Source of the DNA: Bacteroidota bacterium
GTDB lineage: Bacteria > Bacteroidota > Bacteroidia > Bacteroidales > VadinHA17
Direction: 5' to 3'
Assembly (NCBI GenBank): GCA_011050615.1
Contig: DRFJ01000052.1
Span: 11,573-75,572 of the forward strand
Length of the DNA: 64,000 nucleotides
The position numbers and the translations under genes are program-made. The notes under the pieces are model-generated. The model was given only the letters and a program-made list of their open reading frames with translations, searched no databases and was not told the DNA's origin. Of the stretch, positions 58,053 through 64,000 are shown one piece after another (positions within the stretch are counted from its first letter, which is position 1; each line of letters opens with the position of its first letter).

Positions 58053-58724
58053 GTGAATCGATTAGTATCAATAATAGTATACATTTTCATTTTTCTGCCT
58101 GCTTTGTCCCAGGAAATATCTCCTTTACGATATGTGCAGGTACATGGCATTGTTTTCGACAATGAAAACACGCCTGTAAGATACGTCAACATTATTTCCA
58201 GGTGTCTCAGGACAGGTACTGAAACTGATGAAAGAGGAATATTCTCAATAATTTCGTATCCGGGTGATACACTGATATTCTCTTCAATAGGATACCAGCC
58301 TGCTTTTATCAGAATACCTCCAGGCGTCGACAGTCCGGTATATACGGTAGATCTCATGATGAACATCGACACCATTAATATAGGATCGGTCCTTGTACTG
58401 CCCTGGAGAACCTATGAAGAATTCAAAAGAGCAGTAGTCGAATATGTCAGCCCTATGGAAATTGAGATTACCAACATGGAGAATAATCTAGCTCTTATTA
58501 AAAGTCAAATTAACAAAGATATGGACATAACGCCTGAAGCAGGACACAGGTATGCCATGCAACAGGAAGCAGAAAGGATAATGACAAGGAACCAGACTCC
58601 GGTGAACAACCTCTTTAACCCCTTTGCCTGGGCAAAATTTATTGACGGCCTGAAAAACGGACTTCTTAAGAATAAAGAATCAAAGAAACAGAAAGACAGG
58701 GATAATAATACGGATTACGACTAA
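58053..58724 (+). CDS. carboxypeptidase-regulatory-like domain protein, secreted
   Basis: GTG start. Signal peptide. 'VHGIVFDNENTPVRYVNIIS...TETDERGIFSI...GDTLIFSSIGY' is a CarboxypepD_reg fold. Confidence 0.6.
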   Translation: MNRLVSIIVYIFIFLPALSQEISPLRYVQVHGIVFDNENTPVRYVNIISRCLRTGTETDERGIFSIISYPGDTLIFSSIGYQPAFIRIPPGVDSPVYTVDLMMNIDTINIGSVLVLPWRTYEEFKRAVVEYVSPMEIEITNMENNLALIKSQINKDMDITPEAGHRYAMQQEAERIMTRNQTPVNNLFNPFAWAKFIDGLKNGLLKNKESKKQKDRDNNTDYD

Positions 58725-58743
58725 ACTGATAAGCATACCTGAA

Positions 58744-61167
58744 ATGGCCAGATCTGTTTTCTTTTCTTTTCTTGTATTAAGTTTCATACAGGTACAGGCC
58801 CAACCCGGCAATACTGTTATCAGGGGATATATCTGTGATACTGCCGGTATACCTTTATCACTTGTCAATATAGGAATAAGGGATATGCCCTACGGTACTT
58901 ATTCTGGGGAAGATGGTTATTATATACTCTCACTGCCTGCTGATAATAATAAACACCTGCTGGTGTTTTCCTTTGTCGGGTATAAAGATTATGAGACCTC
59001 GTTTACTGCAAGTCCAGACACACTGGTAATAAACGCGGAACTAAAAACAGAGGTAACCCGCCTGGAAGATGTAATAATAAGTGAATACATGCAAAGAGAA
59101 GCACCCACTCTTAAGAGCATATCCATGGAAGACATCAGGCTCATACCATCTGTCTCGGGTAGCCTGGAAAGAATGCTTGTATCACTTCCCGGGGTTAACT
59201 CCGGCAATGAGTTATCGAACCAGTACAGAGTCAGGGGTGGTAATTATGACGAAAACCTTGTTTATGTAAATGACATAGAAATTTACCACCCTGTTATGAT
59301 TAAGACAGGGCAGCAGGAAGGGCTGAGCCTCCTGAACCCCGACCTGATCAGTAGCCTAAGGTTCTCAGCCGGAGGTTTCAATGCTTCCTACGGCGACAGG
59401 ATGTCGTCTGTACTTGATATCAGATACAGGGACCCTGAAGAAAAAAAAGCATCGGTAAAAGCCGGCTTACTTATAAATTCCTTCCATCTGGAAGGTAAAG
59501 GAAACAATGAGCGTTTCAGCTACCTTGCAGGCGCCCGCTATAAAACCAACCAGCTCCTTCTGCAGACGCTGGACACAAAAGGGAATTATAAACCATCATT
59601 TTACGATTTACAGTCATTACTGAGCTACCAGTTGTCAGATAAGGCATATCTCAGTTTGATGGCCACTTACAATTCAAACACATACTCATTTATCCCGGCT
59701 TCAAGAAGGAGTACCTTTGGAAATATTAATGAAGCCTACCAGCTGTATGTACTTTACGATGGTTCTGAGGCAGACAGTTACAAATCATTTAACCTTGCAT
59801 TAGCACTGAACCTGGAATCAGGAAAAAATTTCAATAACAGGTTCATAGCTCACTATTATAATTCAGCTGAAGAAGAGAAATATGATATAAGAGGATCCTA
59901 CGCATTGAACCTCCTGGATAAGAACTTGGGTTCAGAAAATTTCGGTGACAGTATAATAAATGCAGGAGTGGGAAGCTGGCTAAATCATGCGCGAAATATC
60001 CTGCGCTTCAATATTTTTACACTCAACTATAAGGGCAGATGGGAATATGGCAGTAATATAATAAGCTATGGATTCAGGTACAACCATGAAACAGGAACCG
60101 ACAGGATAAGAGAATGGGAAAAAATTGATTCTGCCGGATACAGTATACCATATTCTGACAATCAACTTATGCTCAACAGGGTGGTAATAAATGACACAAG
60201 CCTGTCAACAAATAAATTTGATCTGTACCTCATTGATAATTATACATTTACTCTTTCAGGTCAACAATTTATTTTCACGGGTGGAGCAAGGTTGAGTTAC
60301 TGGTCATTCTCAAATGAATTACTTTTCAGCCCAAGGGTATCACTTTCCTGGAGCCCACCTTCAAATAATGCGCGATTCTATATAGCAGGCGGGGTTTACT
60401 ACCAGCCACCGTTTTACAGGGAAATGAGATACCCGTCAGGCAGGGTAAACAGTGACATCAGATCCCAAAAATCTATTCATACAGTCCTGGGAGCAAATTA
60501 TGATTTTTTTATCGGGCTTACACCACTGAGATTAACAGGGGAGATATATTATAAAAACCTGGAAAACATCATACCCTATAAATACGATAATGTAAGGATA
60601 ATATATTCAGCCCAAAATATTGCCTCCGGCTTTGTCAGAGGAATTGATCTGCGACTTAACGGCGAATTTGTGAAAGAGGCCGAGTCATGGATCTCTGTAT
60701 CAATTATGGATGCCAGGCATGATATTGAGAACGACGGCTACGGGTATTTTCCCGCTCCTTCTGACAGCAGGTTCTCCGTAAATATCTTCTTCCAGGATTA
60801 TTTCCCCTCAAATCCATCGTACAGGGCGCATGTAAACCTGCACTACAGCACGGGTATACCGGTGAGTCCACCATATTCAGAGCGCTATGACAGCTACAGG
60901 AGAATGCCTTCATACCGAAGGGTTGACATAGGATTTACCAGGCTTATCAAAAGCAAATATGATGGTGAAGACCACCCTGGCATGTTTTCTTTTTTTAAGG
61001 AAATAATAGCAGGTTTTGAAATTTTCAACCTGCTGGATATTAGAAATACCATATCCTATAACTGGCTCACTGCAGTTAACAACCTCAGTGGTGAAACAAG
61101 ACAGTACGCGGTACCAAATTACCTGACAGGCAGAAGTTTTAATTTTAAATTTATGATAAGCTTTTAA
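58744..61167 (+). CDS. TonB-dependent receptor with N-terminal CarboxypepD_reg domain
   Basis: Signal peptide. 'IRGYICDTAGIPLSLVNI...GEDGYYIL...FSFVGY'. Plug region. Long beta-barrel ending in the terminal F ('FKFMISF'). Confidence 0.85.
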   Translation: MARSVFFSFLVLSFIQVQAQPGNTVIRGYICDTAGIPLSLVNIGIRDMPYGTYSGEDGYYILSLPADNNKHLLVFSFVGYKDYETSFTASPDTLVINAELKTEVTRLEDVIISEYMQREAPTLKSISMEDIRLIPSVSGSLERMLVSLPGVNSGNELSNQYRVRGGNYDENLVYVNDIEIYHPVMIKTGQQEGLSLLNPDLISSLRFSAGGFNASYGDRMSSVLDIRYRDPEEKKASVKAGLLINSFHLEGKGNNERFSYLAGARYKTNQLLLQTLDTKGNYKPSFYDLQSLLSYQLSDKAYLSLMATYNSNTYSFIPASRRSTFGNINEAYQLYVLYDGSEADSYKSFNLALALNLESGKNFNNRFIAHYYNSAEEEKYDIRGSYALNLLDKNLGSENFGDSIINAGVGSWLNHARNILRFNIFTLNYKGRWEYGSNIISYGFRYNHETGTDRIREWEKIDSAGYSIPYSDNQLMLNRVVINDTSLSTNKFDLYLIDNYTFTLSGQQFIFTGGARLSYWSFSNELLFSPRVSLSWSPPSNNARFYIAGGVYYQPPFYREMRYPSGRVNSDIRSQKSIHTVLGANYDFFIGLTPLRLTGEIYYKNLENIIPYKYDNVRIIYSAQNIASGFVRGIDLRLNGEFVKEAESWISVSIMDARHDIENDGYGYFPAPSDSRFSVNIFFQDYFPSNPSYRAHVNLHYSTGIPVSPPYSERYDSYRRMPSYRRVDIGFTRLIKSKYDGEDHPGMFSFFKEIIAGFEIFNLLDIRNTISYNWLTAVNNLSGETRQYAVPNYLTGRSFNFKFMISF

Positions 61168-61261
61168 GACCAGGCCAGGATGGAAGAACAATGTCCGGCC
61201 ATGTCGGTCAGAGAAGGTTGATGATATGGTGTCCGCGGTAAGATGGTTATGCTACATGGAT

Positions 61262-62215
61262 TTACAGGAATTGAGTCATGACCCAGTATATAAATGGGAG
61301 TGTAATTATACTCATTATGGTCGACACAAATACATTTGCCGTGGCCAGGTGATCATCCACTTTGTACATCCTGGCTATAATAACTATGTTTGCCATGCAC
61401 GGCATAGCAGATTCAACTATTACAACGGAAACAATAAGAGGGTCAATCCCGCCTGTGATATTTTTATTTAAGGCTGCAAATCCCAGGATAAACAGAAATG
61501 GGAAAAGGAGGGTTTTATTAACAGAAGTCAGGTAAACAAGCTTATCTGTAAAAACACCCCTGACCTTCATTAATCCAAGCAGTGCTCCAATGTATAGCAT
61601 TGATAGATAAATTGTTGTGCCTCCAAGGCTGACAAAGGGCTTTAAGAGGAAGCCGGGTATTTTAATATTCAGCAGGAAGAGGGCAAAACCTGCCATAATG
61701 GCCACTGAATTGGGGTTGAGCATATTCTTCATGCTCTTACTTAAACTCATACCTCCTTTCCTGGCAATCAGGTATATACCAACTGTCCATAGAAGCATTA
61801 TTGATACAAAGGTGTATATACTCGCATAAAAAAGACCCAGCTCACCAAAGAGTGCACTAACAACAGGAAAACCAAAATAAAGAACGTTACCGAAAGCATT
61901 ATGCGGAACGAAAACCGACTTCTGCTCATGCTTCATACTGAAAAATGTTGTGAAGAGGTAGGCGAAGAGCAACATTACAAGAATCATCACAAGGGAGATA
62001 ATAATCAACAGGTAACTGTTTCTCAGTAGTACAGGACTCATCTCCAGCTTGCTGAAATTGGTAAAGAGAAGCAGTGGTAAGGTAATGTTAAATATAATTT
62101 CCGCAAGGGCATCTCTTGCTCCTTCCTTAATGATTCCAATTTTAGATGCAATAACACCTATGATTACCAGAACAGCTAGGTATGATATTTGTTCCAGGAT
62201 AATTGATTGTTGCAT
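61262..62215 (-). CDS. AEC (auxin efflux carrier) family permease
   Basis: Start chosen at MQQSIILEQISYLAV (ATG 62215). About 10 TM helices in two halves, typical of PF03547-type membrane transport proteins. Confidence 0.75.
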   Translation of the reverse strand: MQQSIILEQISYLAVLVIIGVIASKIGIIKEGARDALAEIIFNITLPLLLFTNFSKLEMSPVLLRNSYLLIIISLVMILVMLLFAYLFTTFFSMKHEQKSVFVPHNAFGNVLYFGFPVVSALFGELGLFYASIYTFVSIMLLWTVGIYLIARKGGMSLSKSMKNMLNPNSVAIMAGFALFLLNIKIPGFLLKPFVSLGGTTIYLSMLYIGALLGLMKVRGVFTDKLVYLTSVNKTLLFPFLFILGFAALNKNITGGIDPLIVSVVIVESAMPCMANIVIIARMYKVDDHLATANVFVSTIMSIITLPFIYWVMTQFL

Positions 62216-62287
62216 TAACAATTGAGTTTGCCGGTTTTTAATAAGGTGGTAAAAATAATAATTTATATTTTCGTATCCGCAAAAGAT

Positions 62288-63031
62288 ATGAAAAGACACG
62301 AAGGCAAAATAGTGGGCATCATAGGTACAATTATAATACATATAATTGCAGGTATAATATTCATGTCAGCCAAACTGTCTTCTGTCTACCGTGAAAAACA
62401 GTCCGAATTTCTTGTTGAATTTCAAGCCGACAAGGAATTTAAGGAAGATGAAATTGTTGAGGTTCCGGTTACCCTGGAGGAGTTATTCAAGGGAGACGAC
62501 AGGTTTACTGATATCATAAGAAATATTGCCAGCAGTGAAGAAATAGAGATAAACAAGGAAGATTATATCAACAGGGTTAAGGAAGAAATGATAGCGGAAG
62601 GCAAGCTCGGCGAAGATAATTATATTGATCGCCAGAAGAAACTGTCAGAAGAAATGGACGAAGGTGATACCGCCTTTGAATCGGGAGAGGGAGACAGTAT
62701 TGACCTTTCTGAACAGGTGTCTGCGAATGAACTGGCAGCAAATTATGACGGGCCCACACGGGTTTACTACAATCTGCCGGGCAGGTACCATCTGAAACTG
62801 CCAATCCCCATCTACAAATGTGAAAATGCAGGGATAGTGGTGATGAGTATTACTGTTGATCCCTCAGGAGAAATAACTGCCTTCAGCTATAATGATAAAG
62901 AGAGTTCCACAGCAAGCGAATGCTTATATGATGCTGCCGTGGATGCAATTAAAAGGACAAGGTTTAATCCGGACCCCTCAGCACCCAGGAAACAGGAAGG
63001 TACAATAACCTACCAGTTTGTGGCTCAATAG
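62288..63031 (+). CDS. TonB-like energy transducer (N-terminal TM anchor, acidic linker, TonB_C-like domain)
   Basis: ATG at 62288 'MKRHEGKIVGIIGTIIIHIIAGIIF'. Acidic linker. C-terminal 'GIVVMSITVDPSGEITAFSY...AAVDAIKRTRFNPD'. Confidence 0.6.
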   Translation: MKRHEGKIVGIIGTIIIHIIAGIIFMSAKLSSVYREKQSEFLVEFQADKEFKEDEIVEVPVTLEELFKGDDRFTDIIRNIASSEEIEINKEDYINRVKEEMIAEGKLGEDNYIDRQKKLSEEMDEGDTAFESGEGDSIDLSEQVSANELAANYDGPTRVYYNLPGRYHLKLPIPIYKCENAGIVVMSITVDPSGEITAFSYNDKESSTASECLYDAAVDAIKRTRFNPDPSAPRKQEGTITYQFVAQ

Positions 63032-63072
63032 TACCGGCAAAGGGAACTAAATCTTTTCGGTATGACTGAAAT

Positions 63073-63801
63073 TCAGAAAAGGGTCGACTGGTCAGGGTAC
63101 TTATATTCCCTTACCAGCTCGGGTGTGTTCCTGTTTATTTTCGGATTGCTTATAAGCGGACTTATGGTATGGGCTTTAAGGGCATCATCGGGATAAGGTT
63201 CGGGAAGGGCATCTATTCCCTCTTCATCCGGCTTACAGTCGATCCACTTTTCCAGTTCCCCGTCATGAAGGATCACGGGCATTCTTTTTTTTGTATTATG
63301 TATTTCTGAAAGCAGTTTATTGGCCCTTGTTGTTATTATCGTGAAAGTGAGGATACTGTTCCCGTCGGCAGGATTCCTCCAAAGGTCATACAATCCTGCC
63401 AGCATCATAATCCCCGGGTGTGACGGATAAATATACCATGGTATGTTCTTTCCTCCCGTGTGTTGCCATTCAAAGAATCCACTTACGGGAATAATGCACC
63501 TCCTTCGCCTGAACGGCCCTTTGAAAGAAGCTTTTGTCGCCACTGTCTCCGCCCTGGCATTAAATGTCATATACCTTATTTTCCGGGCTTCCTCTTCCTC
63601 CGCCACCCACCCGGGTATAAGCCCCCACTTAAGCATCCTGATATTATATTCATTACCGAAAAAGCCTGCAACCGGTAATTCAGGCAGGGAATTGGCATGA
63701 TAATAATAACTCGGACGGTAATTTTCATGATCGATGAAGGCTGTATTGAACCTTTTTTCCAGTTCTTCCCTCGTAATATTTACATTAACCGTGAAACACA
63801 T
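63073..63801 (-). CDS. SOS response-associated peptidase (SRAP/YedK family)
   Basis: Begins 'MC' (catalytic Cys2). 'KWGLIPGW' and 'RRRCIIPVSGFFEW' motifs. Confidence 0.88.
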   Translation of the reverse strand: MCFTVNVNITREELEKRFNTAFIDHENYRPSYYYHANSLPELPVAGFFGNEYNIRMLKWGLIPGWVAEEEEARKIRYMTFNARAETVATKASFKGPFRRRRCIIPVSGFFEWQHTGGKNIPWYIYPSHPGIMMLAGLYDLWRNPADGNSILTFTIITTRANKLLSEIHNTKKRMPVILHDGELEKWIDCKPDEEGIDALPEPYPDDALKAHTISPLISNPKINRNTPELVREYKYPDQSTLF

Positions 63802-63831
63802 AGCCGGCCTTATTTCTGAAATATTATTCTA

Positions 63832-64000
63832 TTAATCCAAGTAGTCAGGCACGGGATCAATGGGGACAGGCAGCTGGTACGAAAAAAGGTCTGTATCAGG
63901 CCACGATGGAGTATTATTAATCACCCTCGACATCAGCAGGTTAATGTCATTAGTAAACATTGAGCTTTTCCATGTGCTGGTATTCAGCAAAACGGCCCAG
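63832..64000 (-). CDS. partial hypothetical protein (C-terminal 56 codons; starts beyond the right edge)
   Basis: The minus-strand frame is open from the window edge to TAA (63832-63834): '...SWPDTDLFSYQLPVPIDPVPDYLD'. No family recognised. Confidence 0.3.
   Translation of the reverse strand, partial: WAVLLNTSTWKSSMFTNDINLLMSRVINNTPSWPDTDLFSYQLPVPIDPVPDYLD

Noticed and set aside
1-64000. Search for tRNA, rRNA, IS elements, integrases, phage genes or CRISPR arrays.
   Set aside because: No cloverleaf-like GC-rich ~75-nt segments lie in intergenic regions. No transposase or integrase motifs appear in any ORF. No repeat-spacer arrays are present. The absence was judged by eye only and should be confirmed with tRNAscan-SE, ISEScan and similar tools.

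Overview
This window looks like a Bacteroidota chromosomal segment. Support: repeated TAnnTTTG -7 promoter motifs, a C25 peptidase with a T9SS C-terminal sorting tail, a CarboxypepD_reg-type TonB-dependent receptor, and many lipoprotein and twin-arginine leaders. I count about 55 protein-coding genes, densely packed on both strands. I could not recognise any rRNA, tRNA, CRISPR array, transposase or integrase. All family names come from motif recognition by eye, not from database searches. Housekeeping and envelope genes include murB, mltG, cls, ssb, ggt, iorAB, a POT peptide transporter, an NSS Na+ symporter, two TlpA-like redoxins, M28 and S9 peptidases, and an SRAP peptidase. Four things stand out. 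(1) At 20.1-27.3 kb, a cluster encodes TAT-exported Gfo/Idh/MocA oxidoreductases, a xylose-isomerase-like TIM barrel, a DUF1080 lipoprotein and DoxX. This resembles the non-hydrolytic 3-keto glycoside-cleavage chemistry, here apparently periplasmic. (2) At 8.1-12.4 kb, a tightly coupled four-gene minus-strand operon encodes a secreted MBL hydrolase, a TAT-exported aldo/keto reductase with a Cys-rich tail, a secreted unknown protein and an NSS transporter. (3) At 13.3-15.5 kb, a 730-aa KamA-family radical SAM protein carries a roughly 215-aa N-terminal extension. (4) Gene decay is unusually dense. At 29.7-32.1 kb four adjacent loci are reduced to deletion scars: an exonuclease/GIY-YIG gene, a DUF47/PhoU-like gene, a PiT phosphate transporter, and a response-regulator/histidine-kinase pair. 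Elsewhere there is an amidohydrolase scar, two conserved ORFs interrupted by single in-frame TAA codons, and one possible frameshifted lipoprotein gene. No mobile element flanks any of them.
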